64,000 nt of DNA from NCBI GenBank assembly GCA_000092065.1, contig CP000593.1; one strand, written 5' to 3'. The stretch's first letter is position 1, and every line of letters begins with the position of its first letter. The position numbers and the translations under genes were made by a program. The notes beneath the pieces are model-generated. The model worked only from the letters and a program-made list of their open reading frames with translations. It was not told where the DNA came from and ran no database searches. Below, piece after piece: positions 47,767 through 57,444 of the stretch. Source of the stretch: Ostreococcus lucimarinus (lineage: Eukaryota).

Positions 47767-49880
47767 CTACTTGGAAATCTTTGCACACGCGCGTTCGAGC
47801 CACGTTTTAGTCTCCCCCGACACTCGCGGGGAAATTTGTTGCCAAACTTTTTCGTGATACGCGTTCACCCACGCGATTTCTTTTTCACTCATAATGCTCA
47901 AGTCCATGAGTTTCGTTTGAATCGGGATCAACGTCAAGACGTCAAAGCATAAAAATCCAGTGTCTCCGAAGTTGTGCGCAGTCTTCGCCTCCTTCACTTG
48001 CAGAAGCGTCTCGATGCGGATACCGAACGCACCGTCTTCGTAATACCCCGGCTCGTTGCTCAAGATCATTCCTGGCATAAGGGGCGTCATGTTTCCAAAA
48101 CGCGGAGAGATTCCTTGCGGACCTTCGTGCACGTTGAGCGCCGCGCCGACGCCGTGGCCGGTGCCGTGACGGTAATCCAAGCCGTTGGCCCACAGGTGCG
48201 ATCGCGCAAAGGCGTCGAGAACGAAACCTTTCGTGCCGACAGGGAAAACCATTTGGTCGAGTGCGATGTGACCTTGGAGCACGCGCGTGTAGCACTCCTT
48301 TTGATGAGCGGTGGGCGTTCCGAAGTGCACCGTTCGAGTGACATCCGTCGTGCCACACGCGTACTGGCCGCCGCTGTCGCAGAGTAATAAGCTGTCCTTA
48401 CCGATAGCCCTCGCGCTCTTTTTCGAAGCACGGTAGTGCACCACGGCGCCATGAGGACCTTCACCCGCGATCGTCGGGAACGATTCTTCGAAGAAACCGT
48501 TTTGCTTGGCTCGGCACGCCAAGACCCTCTCGCCAGCTTCGTACTCGTCAATGGCGCGCCCCTCGGCGACGTCTCGCTCGATCGCGCACCAGAATTCAGC
48601 CATCGCAGCGCCATCCATGAGGTGGGCTTCGACCATACCGGCCATCTCGGCCTCATTCTTCACCGCCTTTGCGATCGGGACCGGACACGTGCCCTCCTTG
48701 ATGGCGGACGGCGCGCTCTCCGTCTTCACCTTTTTCGCATCCTTGGGCGCTTCGGCGGCTCCGGCTTCAGCCTGTTCGAGCATGGCGATGGAGACCTTAT
48801 CGACGTCCATCCAGAGTCGCTCACCGCGCTGTGCCGCGGCATACACGTCTTTGGCCATGTCTTCGTACGGCTTGATCGTCACGTTTGCCTCGGCGAGATG
48901 CGCCACGACTTCAGGCGTCGCCTTGTCCGTGTCGACGTAAAACGAAGCGTCGTTTTCACCCACCAAGACGTAAGACAACGTCACCGGATTACACGGTGCA
49001 TCACCGCCTCGAACATTGCATAGCCACATGACGTCATCCAACGAGCTCACGACGAGCTTCTGCGCGTCGTTTTCCTTCATTTTTTCTCGAAGGTTTTCCA
49101 ATTTTTCCGCCACGCTCTTCCCCGCGTACTCCATCGGGTGCACTCTGAGCGGCGTCTTCGGGAACGGTGGACGATCGCTCCAAACCAAATCTACCAAGTT
49201 CTCTTCGACGCTCATCAACTCGATCCCGCACGCGCTCAACGCTTCTCTCAAACCTCGCGCCTCGCTCACCGAGTGCACGTTTGGATCGATGCCCACCTTG
49301 GCTCCGGTAAACGCCAGTCCCGCCTCCTCCGCGCACAACCACTTCTTCACGTCCGGCACATCCTTCACCCCACTTCGCATCAGAGTCCAGTCCTCGCTCA
49401 GCTCGTCTTCAGCCTGCACGAAATACCGTCCATCCGTCCACAACAACGCCGCCGCGTCCGTCACCACCACCGTCCCCGCCGACCCCGTAAAATCGCTCAA
49501 CCATCGTCGTCGCTCGAAGCACGCCGCCACGTACTCACTGCGTTCCCCACAAAAACACGCCCTCGCCCGTTCGTCAGTCTTTCCCGTCGCGCGCGTCGTC
49601 GTTCCTCGTTTCGTTCGTTCGCCTTCGCTTCGCCGACGCGCCTAAAGTGCGGATCCTGCGACGGCACGACGACCGCTCGCACCCCTCGCTTCGCCATCGC
49701 CTCTCGCACCGCCGCGAGCTTCGACGCGTTCGAGCGTTCGCCCGTCGTCATGCTCGCTCGCTCGGCGATCGCGGCGTCGCGCGCGCGGGTCGTCGTTTTG
49801 AGTTTTCGAGCGGCGAGGCGACGCGATGACGTCGGCGTTCTCGCGGCGACGCGCGCGGCGACGAGACGCGCGGCGCGCAT
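47767..49880 (-). CDS. Xaa-Pro aminopeptidase (aminopeptidase P, M24B), organellar presequence; 2 exons 49880..49642 and 49537..47767
   Basis: HGTGHGVG and SNEPGYY M24 motifs. N-terminal domain collinear with XPNPEP1 only after splicing: ...VVVPSQDPHF|SEYVAACFERRRWLSDFTGSAGT. ORF-track 'M' at 49530 is a GTG inside exon 2. Confidence 0.7.
49538..49641 (-). other. Probable GC-AG spliceosomal intron (104 nt) in the aminopeptidase P gene
   Basis: Donor AG|GCGCGT (the favoured GTGCGT with C at +2), branch AAGACTGACGAAC, acceptor AACGCAG|. Splicing gives H-F-S-E-Y, matching the conserved H-Q-S-E-Y. The alternative canonical pair CGC|GTCGGC / TGAG|TAC gives a poorer match. Confidence 0.55.
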
Positions 49881-50103
49881 GCACGATTCGAACGCGCGCG
49901 TCGGTCGCGTCGGTCGCGTCGGTCCGTCCGTCGAGCCGGTGGCGCGCGCGGGAGTGACGACCGAGGCGCGCGCGGTCGACGCGCGTCGGTTGAATCGAAC
50001 GGCTGGTTGGTTCACGATTTCAAGCTTTACGACCGGGCGACGCGCCGCGAGACGATTCGGAACGCCGACGCCGTTCGAGGGCGACGACGACGACGCGGAC
50101 CGA

Positions 50104-52402
50104 CTAACAGCGCTCGAAAATTTTGTACAACTGCTCGAGGCACGCGATCTGAATGACGGTGCCGTCGTCGGCGAAACGACGAGGCGGGGCGAGACGGCGC
50201 TTCATCGCGGGAAAGACGCAGAGGCGAGCGACGCGACGAGCGTCGGACTCGGCGTCGCCTTCTTCGGCTTTCGGATCGTGGAAAGAGCAGTCCATGGCGA
50301 AAAATGCGCCGATGACTCGAGCGCAGGTTTCGAAGCACTCTTTTTCACTCGTCCAATCGACGTCTTCGGCGAGGGCGAGGACGAACTCGGGAAGTTTGCC
50401 GATTTCCGGCGCGTACCCGGGAAGCATCGACGGCACTCCGGTGATCTGACGCCGTTCCTTGTCGATGACGACGCCGAGATACTCCTTGAGCATGTCCGCC
50501 TTTTCGACGAGCATCTCTGCGATTTTCTCTGCGACTTCCTCCTTGGAGCCATCGCTCGCGTCCCACTCTTCGTCGTCGACGAATTTATCCTCCAGCGCGC
50601 ACAGCGCGAGTTCGGCCAAAGACGCGGGATCTTGCAGCGATTGGTACCCAAAGTTGGCGAAGTTCTTCAAAGCCATTTGATGGAACATTTCCTCGGTGAG
50701 CTTTACGGCGTCCACCATGAAGAGCTTGGTTTGGTGCTGAAGTAACCACACGCCTTTGCGCGCGTCCACGGCGCCGACGAGTGTGTGATTTTTAATCACG
50801 TCGCCGAGCTCCTTGTGCGCGCGATTGGCGATTTCGGTGTTAAGCTGGCGAATAGACGTCAACTCGCACACGTACGTGTCTTCGGGTTCCGTGCGCTGTC
50901 CTCGACGCTCTCTCACCGCGCGTCGAACCTCTTCTATTTTCTCGTGTTCGCGTCCCTCGGAATTCATCGCTCGCTGCAAGTACGCGTCCAAACTCCCCGC
51001 TGCTAAATTCGCATCCGTGCGAACGAGCTTGTGATCACCACCCGCGCGTTCGCGCTGTGTCCGCATCGTCTTCGCCTGCGACGCCGGCGGTTCGTCCGCT
51101 TTTTCGCTATTTTCCTTGTCGCCGCTTCGCTCGGCGTCGTTTTCGTCATCCTTCTTTGCCAGTTTCTCCGCGCCAGGAAGCAGTGTTTGCACGGTGAATG
51201 TTCGCGACGAATTCGTCGCGAGAAGAATCTTCTCTAGTTTGGACTGAATCAACTCCACAATGGCTTCTTGGTGCAGAAAGTGCACCTCCTGTTTCGTGGG
51301 ATGCACGTTGACGTCGACGTCTTCAAACGGCAGGCGGAGGTGCATGAATACAAACGGCTTCTCAGCCTTGGGGAGTATCGCCGCGTACACCGACTCACAC
51401 GCGCGCTTGAGCGGCGCGCACTCCACTAAACGCGAATTGATGAACAAAATGAACGTCGTCTTCTTTGAATGATAATTCCCACCGCTCACTAAACCGTCCA
51501 CTTGCAGCTTGAAATCAAACTTTTTCTTGGACAGCTCGCTGTCGAAGTCGAGCTTCTTCAAATCTCTCGCCACCGTGGGACCGTAAATCGCCTGCAACCG
51601 CTCGACGCGCGATTGCGCCACGGGAGTGTGCAACGTCGCTCGCGACTCACCGTGCTTCCGACACGTGAACGCCACATCCGTTCGCAACGCCGCGTACCTC
51701 TGCAACACCTCGAGCACTTTCGAGTACTCCTCTGACGCGCTCTTCAACGCCTTCCTTCGAGTCACGACGTTATAAAACAAGTTCTCCACGCTAATCGTAG
51801 TTCCTAACACCCCCGCGATCGGTTTCGCCCCCTCCGCATCCATCTTCCCATCCGTATACGTCGCTCGAGTCGCGTGCGTCGCCCCCGCCGCCATCGTCGT
51901 CGCCGACACGTGCGCCACGTAGCTCATGCTCGCCAGCGCCTCTCCTCGAAACCCAAAGCTCTCGCATCGCGCTAAATCCTCAAACTTTTCAATCTTACTC
52001 GTCGCGTGTCGCTCGCACAGCAGCGGCAAGTCCTCTATTCGCACTCCGTGTCCGTCGTCTTGCACTCGCAACAGTTTATTCCCGCCCTCCCTCGTCGTCA
52101 CCGCGATCGACTTCGCGCCCGCGTCCAACGAGTTCTCCACCAGCTCTTTCAGCGCGTTCGACGGTCGATGGATCACCTGCGCGCGCGTTCGGTCGTCGCG
52201 TCGTCTCGCGTCGTCAGTCGCGCGTTCGCGTCGTCCGTCGTCGAGCTGACGTTCAAACATTCAATCTCTCATCGCGCGCGCCGTCGCGCGCCGGCCCTCG
52301 ACGCACCTCTCCCGCGGCGACGCGATTGACGACGTCGCTCGGCAGGCGCCCGATGGCGCGCGGCGTCGACGCGCCGTCGCGCGCGCCGTCACCGCGCGTC
52401 AT
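50104..52402 (-). CDS. MLH1: DNA mismatch repair protein MLH1; 2 exons 52402..52307 and 52176..50104
   Basis: Exon 1 MTRGDGARDGASTPRAIGRLPSDVVNRVAAGE restores the MutL N-terminal block (VVNRIAAGEVI), then VIHRPSNALKELVENSLDAGA, GFRGEALAS, C-terminal ...LEQLYKIFERC. ATG verified (complement of 52400-52402). Confidence 0.85.
52177..52306 (-). other. Spliceosomal intron (130 nt) in MLH1, holding the misleading ORF-track start at 52260
   Basis: Donor GAG|GTGCGT, branch GCGACTGACGACG, acceptor GCGCGCAG|. Phase 0. Confidence 0.75.
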
Positions 52403-52713
52403 GACGAATCCTTTCGCCGCACACCGCGTCGCGCTCTGCCGCGCGCGCGCCGTCGGGCGCGCCCGCGCGTCGACGCATGCGCGCCGCCGCCCGCGCGCGC
52501 TCGCCCGCGCGCTCGAGCGCGCCCGCGCGCGCCGTCGCGCGCCGTCGACCGGCGCCGATTCGCCGCCGCCGCGCCGCGCGCGCCGACGCGACCGCGACGC
52601 GCTCGAGCGCCGACGACCGCGACGCGCTCGACGCGTTCGCGCGCGCGACGCCGCGCGCGACGCGCGCGTTCGAGCTCCTGCGCGAAAGCCGACGCGCGAT
52701 CGACGCGGAGGCG

Positions 52714-53454
52714 ATGACGGCGATGTGCTACGTCGGCGCGATTCGGCGTCGGCGCGCGACGCGCGGCGAGACGGCGTGCGTCGCGAAGATTTGTGAACGG
52801 TGGAGCGCGCGCGTCGGCGGGCGACTGGGACGCGTGCGAGCGTCGCTGGAGGCGGAGGATGGGTCGGCGGCGGCGCGAGCGGTGGCGAGGGAGGTGGGAA
52901 AGTGCGAGGCGGAGGCGACGGCGCTCGCGCGGCGATTCGCGCACGAGGCGATCGAGGCGACGGAGGCGTTCGAGACGCGCGAGGCGGCGGACGACGCGAC
53001 GACGTCCGAGGCGCGCGGTGACGGTGACGGTGACGGTGACGGTGACGGCGTGAATGGGATACCGGAGAAGTGGCGCATGGCGTGCGGGAACGTGAACGGA
53101 TACTTGGAGTACGCGGGGGCGACGTTGACGTTTGAGGAGTGGGCGCGGGTGCGCGAGGCGTTCGACGCCGTCGTGACGGAGGTGGACGGGGACGACGCGA
53201 GCGCGCGGTACGTGCGCGACGATGGGAATTGGAACGCGATGAAGGCGATGATGGATGATTCCGTCGTGCGACCGAGAAGGCTGTCGCAGGTGGAGAATAA
53301 CGCGCGGTACGCGAACGCCAAAGCCGAGCTCGACGAGGCGAAAAAGGCGTGGAAGGAGGCGAACGAAATTTACAAGGACGCGCGAAGGAGAATTAAGCAG
53401 GCCAGGCACGAGGTGCACAAAACGCGCAAGGCGGTGAGAATAGAGTACAGATGA
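52714..53454 (+). CDS. Hypothetical protein with a (GD)n run and Lys-rich C-terminus
   Basis: ORF 52477..53454, with ATG at 52477 only 75 bp from the MLH1 ATG. Arg/Ala-rich N-terminus may be presequence or non-coding. Internal ATG verified at 52714. C-terminal ...AKAELDEAKKAWKEANEIYKDARRRIKQARHEVHKTRKAVRIEYR looks genuinely coding. Confidence 0.3.
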   Translation: MTAMCYVGAIRRRRATRGETACVAKICERWSARVGGRLGRVRASLEAEDGSAAARAVAREVGKCEAEATALARRFAHEAIEATEAFETREAADDATTSEARGDGDGDGDGDGVNGIPEKWRMACGNVNGYLEYAGATLTFEEWARVREAFDAVVTEVDGDDASARYVRDDGNWNAMKAMMDDSVVRPRRLSQVENNARYANAKAELDEAKKAWKEANEIYKDARRRIKQARHEVHKTRKAVRIEYR

Positions 53455-53510
53455 TGACGATGACAATCCGCGGTACGAGTAGTAGTTTTGTAAGGTGACG
53501 CGTACGACAT

Positions 53511-55319
53511 CTAAGGACGAGACGTCTTCAAAACCTCGACGCACCAGTTGCCGTGATCGTAATACGCCGCCGTGACCTCGCACCAAGGAAGGTTTTCAAA
53601 CAGCTTTGGAAGCTCACCCTCGGTGTACACGTGACAATATCGCTGATACACAACCGATCGTTTCTCGCGATCGGCCTCACCGTGCGTGGGCGCGCCGCTC
53701 ACGCGCGATTGGCGCTCTCGCTCGTCCTCGGGCGCGACGCCCTTGACTTTGATCTTGTTATGAAACGGCACCAAGACGTCTTGGCCTTCAAATTGGTGAC
53801 CAGAAACCCCCCCTTGCTCTTGCTCGAGCGCCCAGGCGTAGAATAATGCGACACCACCAACCTTGACGATGCGCATCGTTTCCTTTACGAGCTCCACGCG
53901 ACGTTCGGGAGACGATATGTGATGCAACACGGCGATGTTGAGCGCGTAGTCGAACACGTCGGATCGATACGGCAAAATAACGGCGTCGGCCACCATTACC
54001 TCGTATCCGCTATCGCGACAGATTTCAATCAAGCCTCTGCTAAAGTCGCTTCCGAGCGCGAAACCACCGCCCTTGACGATTTCGGGAATGTTCTTACCGT
54101 TGCCGCATCCGACGTCCGCGGCGAGCAAACCGGGCGGCTGTTTCCTAACGAAAGCCTCCACCCCGGTCCACGCGCGATACCTCGTGCCGTGCCATTGCTG
54201 CGCGACGATATCGTACACCTTCTGCACGTGCTCGCGCTCGACTTCGGGCATCGCTGTCACCTTTTCCGCGGCGTCTATGAAATTTTCTGGCACCACGGCG
54301 CACGCTCGCTTGGGCGGCTTCTTCACCAACTCTGTCGCCGTCGTCCCTGCGTTCGACACGCTCGTTTTTACGGACGGCGACGGATTCTTCCTCGTCGCCT
54401 CTTCCATTTCGAGCGCATCCGACCGCTTACCTTCCTTGCGCAACTGTTTCGCCTTCTTACGCTCCTCTCGCGCCGCCTTGATCGCCGCCCTCTCGGCGGC
54501 GATGCTCTCGCGTCGTCTCTGCTCCTCGGAAACTTCCTTGGGTTCCTTCAACGAATCGTCTCGACCGACCGCGCGCTTTTCCCTATACATCGCTCGAAAC
54601 TGCTCCGTCATCGCCATCTGCGCCGCGATCGCGTCGCCTTCGGTATTCGCCGCCATTCGTCGTCTAAACGTGAGCGAAATCCTATCCTCGCTCACGGGCG
54701 GAATCGCGTGCTCGTACTCGTCCGCCGCCCTTCCCTCCATGCGCACCGCCGATTTCGCCGGAAGCACCACCCTGAACTCCTCCCCCTCATAAACGACCCC
54801 CGGATCCGGTTTTTCGTCCCCACTCGGCCACAGCATCCCTCGCCCCATCGTCATCGTCTGCGCGCTCGCCAACGAAACCGTCACAAACGGCCGCGCGAAC
54901 GTCGGATTATCGATGTGCGGCGGTATCCACTGTCCCTTCCCGTACACGTTCACCGTGCACGAATCCATCTTTTCATCCTTCCCGATCACCCCTCTCGCCA
55001 CCAGCGCGTCCAGCACGTCTTCAAACATCGCCGGCATCGCCGCTACGCGCGTCTCCGCGTCCACTCGGTTACTGTGCGTGTACGTCCCGTACTGCAGCAT
55101 CTCCCTCGACTGATCCCTTCGCGCCCACTTCGGCGGCACCGGCGCGTGCGTCTTACCCTCAAGCTCCCCTCGCCGTCCTCGCTCGAGCTCTTCCGCGACC
55201 CACGCGCACACCGCGTCGTGCAAACCGTCGTCGACGGCGTCTCGAAAGACCTCGGCGCCGATCGTTTCGACGTCCGCGCGCGTCGCGCGCGCCGCGGCCG
55301 ACGCGCCGGACGCCGTCAT
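53511..55319 (-). CDS. ALKBH8: ALKBH8-like bifunctional tRNA modification enzyme: AlkB-type 2OG-Fe(II) oxygenase N-terminal domain fused to a Trm9-type methyltransferase
   Basis: AlkB core NVYGKGQWIPPHIDNPTFARPFVTVSL...RISLTFRR; Lys/Glu-rich linker; MTase DVGCGNGKN...LPYRSDVFDYALNIAVLHH...VGGVALFYAWALEQE. ATG verified at 55319. Confidence 0.75.
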   Translation of the reverse strand: MTASGASAAARATRADVETIGAEVFRDAVDDGLHDAVCAWVAEELERGRRGELEGKTHAPVPPKWARRDQSREMLQYGTYTHSNRVDAETRVAAMPAMFEDVLDALVARGVIGKDEKMDSCTVNVYGKGQWIPPHIDNPTFARPFVTVSLASAQTMTMGRGMLWPSGDEKPDPGVVYEGEEFRVVLPAKSAVRMEGRAADEYEHAIPPVSEDRISLTFRRRMAANTEGDAIAAQMAMTEQFRAMYREKRAVGRDDSLKEPKEVSEEQRRRESIAAERAAIKAAREERKKAKQLRKEGKRSDALEMEEATRKNPSPSVKTSVSNAGTTATELVKKPPKRACAVVPENFIDAAEKVTAMPEVEREHVQKVYDIVAQQWHGTRYRAWTGVEAFVRKQPPGLLAADVGCGNGKNIPEIVKGGGFALGSDFSRGLIEICRDSGYEVMVADAVILPYRSDVFDYALNIAVLHHISSPERRVELVKETMRIVKVGGVALFYAWALEQEQGGVSGHQFEGQDVLVPFHNKIKVKGVAPEDERERQSRVSGAPTHGEADREKRSVVYQRYCHVYTEGELPKLFENLPWCEVTAAYYDHGNWCVEVLKTSRP

Positions 55320-55696
55320 CGCGTCGACCGCGCGCGTCGTCGTCCGGTTCCTTCGCTCGCGCGCGCGCCGAGGCGTCGAGCGTCGCGCGACGCCGCGCGA
55401 AGCGACGCGGTGTGCGCGCCGCGCGCCGTCCGTCGCGCGACCTAAACCGTTTTTTTTTGCCGATTCGGCGCCGGCACGCGCGCGTCGCGACGCGACGCGC
55501 GCGACGACGGGCGACGCGACGCGCCGAAAACGATGGATCGCTTCGTTTTCGACGCCCCCGCGCGCGCGACGCGACGCGCGCGCGACGCGACGCGCGTCGA
55601 AGGCCGACGGCGGCGCGCGCGACGGACCGTTTTTATTTTACTCGAGCGCGAAACGCACGTCGACGGAAAACGCGTCACACGGCGACGCGCGCGACG

Positions 55697-56329
55697 ATGG
55701 GCGCCGGCGACGCCGACGATGGGTACGACAGCGACGGATGCGTCGCGCGCGCCGACGGCGACGCCGACTCGGCGCGCGCGCGTCGCGCGTGGTCGTCCGC
55801 GTGTCGCGGTTCTTCGAGGTGCTGGACGGAGATTGCGTTGTGGAATCAAACGACGTCGACGGTGGAGATCACCGTCGAACTGCCCGCGAACACGCGCGGG
55901 CGGGACGTGCGCGTGACGGTCGACGACGGCGCGCTGACGGTGTGGACGTCGTGGCACGGCGTCGTCGAGGGATTATCCGGCGCGCTCGCGCGGCGAGTCA
56001 AGGCGGACGAGACGGCGTGGAGCGTCGCGTCGGACGCGCTCGAAATCGTCCTCGCGAAGGACGCCGACCGCGACGGCGATCCGTGGGGATGCGTGTTCGC
56101 GGACGCTCGCCTCGGGTGCGCCAAGTCGCCGCGGGAGGTTTTGAAGGACATGGTGTTCGCAGACGAACCCTTCGATTCCGCGGACGATTTCTCGCTCGAG
56201 AGTCGAGCGCTCCTGGGCGAGATGCGTCAACGCCACGCCGCGCTCGTCCGCGGCGCGCTCGTCGATCCGGGAGACGATTTAGATTTTAAGCTCGGGTTGG
56301 CGTTGAACGCCAACGCGCGCTTCGCGTGA
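55697..56329 (+). CDS. CS (CHORD-SGT1/p23)-domain protein
   Basis: IALWNQTTSTVEITVELPANTRGRDVRVTVDDGALTV is CS-domain-like. ORF-track start 55412 is GTG in Arg-rich filler. First ATG verified at 55697 (MGAGDADDGYDSDG). Confidence 0.55.
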   Translation: MGAGDADDGYDSDGCVARADGDADSARARRAWSSACRGSSRCWTEIALWNQTTSTVEITVELPANTRGRDVRVTVDDGALTVWTSWHGVVEGLSGALARRVKADETAWSVASDALEIVLAKDADRDGDPWGCVFADARLGCAKSPREVLKDMVFADEPFDSADDFSLESRALLGEMRQRHAALVRGALVDPGDDLDFKLGLALNANARFA

Positions 56330-56429
56330 GAACTCGCGTGAGAATTCCGCGCGCTTCGCGCGTCGCCTTCGCGTTCGCCGCGCCGCCGGCGCCGCACTCG
56401 TCGTCGCGCGTGTCGCGCGCCGTCCCGTC

Positions 56430-57380
56430 ATGTCGCTCCCCGAGGACGGGCTCGATCTGTTACCCGCGGCGTCCTTCGACGTCTCGGGCGTCGCGCACGT
56501 CGTGCCGACGCGCCACGGCCCCGTCACCGTCACCGCGCAGGGCGCCGATCGCTCGAGACCCGCGCTCGTCACCTACCACGACGTCGGTTTAAACCACCGC
56601 ACGTGCTTCCAGCCGCTGTTCGTGTGCGCGGGACCGCGGAGCGACCTCGTCAGCAGGTTCTGCGCGTATCACATCGACGCCCCGGGGTGCCAGGACGGCG
56701 CGCGGGGGCGAGATCGAGGCGGGGACGGGGACGCGGCGACGACGGCGACGACGCTGGACGCGCACGCGGAGATCGTCGAGGACGTCGTGAAACACTTTGG
56801 ATTGCGCGATGTGACGTGCTTGGGGGTCGGCGCGGGAGCGACGGTGATGGCGCTGTACGCGGGACGACACTCGAGCGCGTGTCGGGCGGGAATATTCGTG
56901 TCGCCGAGTTGCGGACGAGCGAGGACGATGGAGCACGCGTTGGGGGCGGTTTGCAAGTTTAATTTGAAGCGTCACGGATGGACGCCGTGGACGTTGAAAC
57001 ACTTGCTGAAGCGAATGTTTAGTTATCGCGGACTTGGTGGGTCGAATGGGATGTACGAGAGCGATCTGGCGCAGACGGCGCGAAGGGAGATGCGAGAGAT
57101 GAACCCGGAGGCGACGTTGGCGTATTACGACGCGGCGTTGCATCGATTGGATAACGAGCACGTGTACGCGTCGTTAGACATAGACGCGATGATTTTGGCG
57201 GGAACGAGCAGCCCTTGGTACAAGGACACGATCGTGATGAATTCGTTGATGAAGGCGAGCAAGACGAGCTGGATCGAGATCGAGGGCTGCGGCACCGTGG
57301 CGACGATGGAGGATCCGCAGCAGCTCCTGTCGCCGATTAATTTGTTCATCCAGCGTTTGAAGAGCCAAGGGTTGGCGTGA
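56430..57380 (+). CDS. NDRG (N-myc downstream-regulated) family alpha/beta-hydrolase-fold protein
   Basis: LVTYHDVGLNHRTCFQPLF matches the NDRG N-terminal signature. ATG verified at 56430. Confidence 0.75.
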   Translation: MSLPEDGLDLLPAASFDVSGVAHVVPTRHGPVTVTAQGADRSRPALVTYHDVGLNHRTCFQPLFVCAGPRSDLVSRFCAYHIDAPGCQDGARGRDRGGDGDAATTATTLDAHAEIVEDVVKHFGLRDVTCLGVGAGATVMALYAGRHSSACRAGIFVSPSCGRARTMEHALGAVCKFNLKRHGWTPWTLKHLLKRMFSYRGLGGSNGMYESDLAQTARREMREMNPEATLAYYDAALHRLDNEHVYASLDIDAMILAGTSSPWYKDTIVMNSLMKASKTSWIEIEGCGTVATMEDPQQLLSPINLFIQRLKSQGLA

Positions 57381-57444
57381 GATTTCGACACGTCGGCGCT
57401 GCGATAGCCTAGTACTTCTACATCGACTACATCGACTACTGTAG

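Noticed and set aside
13030-52306. Introns as members of a repetitive introner-element family
   Set aside because: Beyond the splice signals, only short shared segments are present (CGAGACTGACGAA in three introns; TCTCGATCG in two). That is too little, from five introns, to claim a mobile intron family. Noted as a possibility only.
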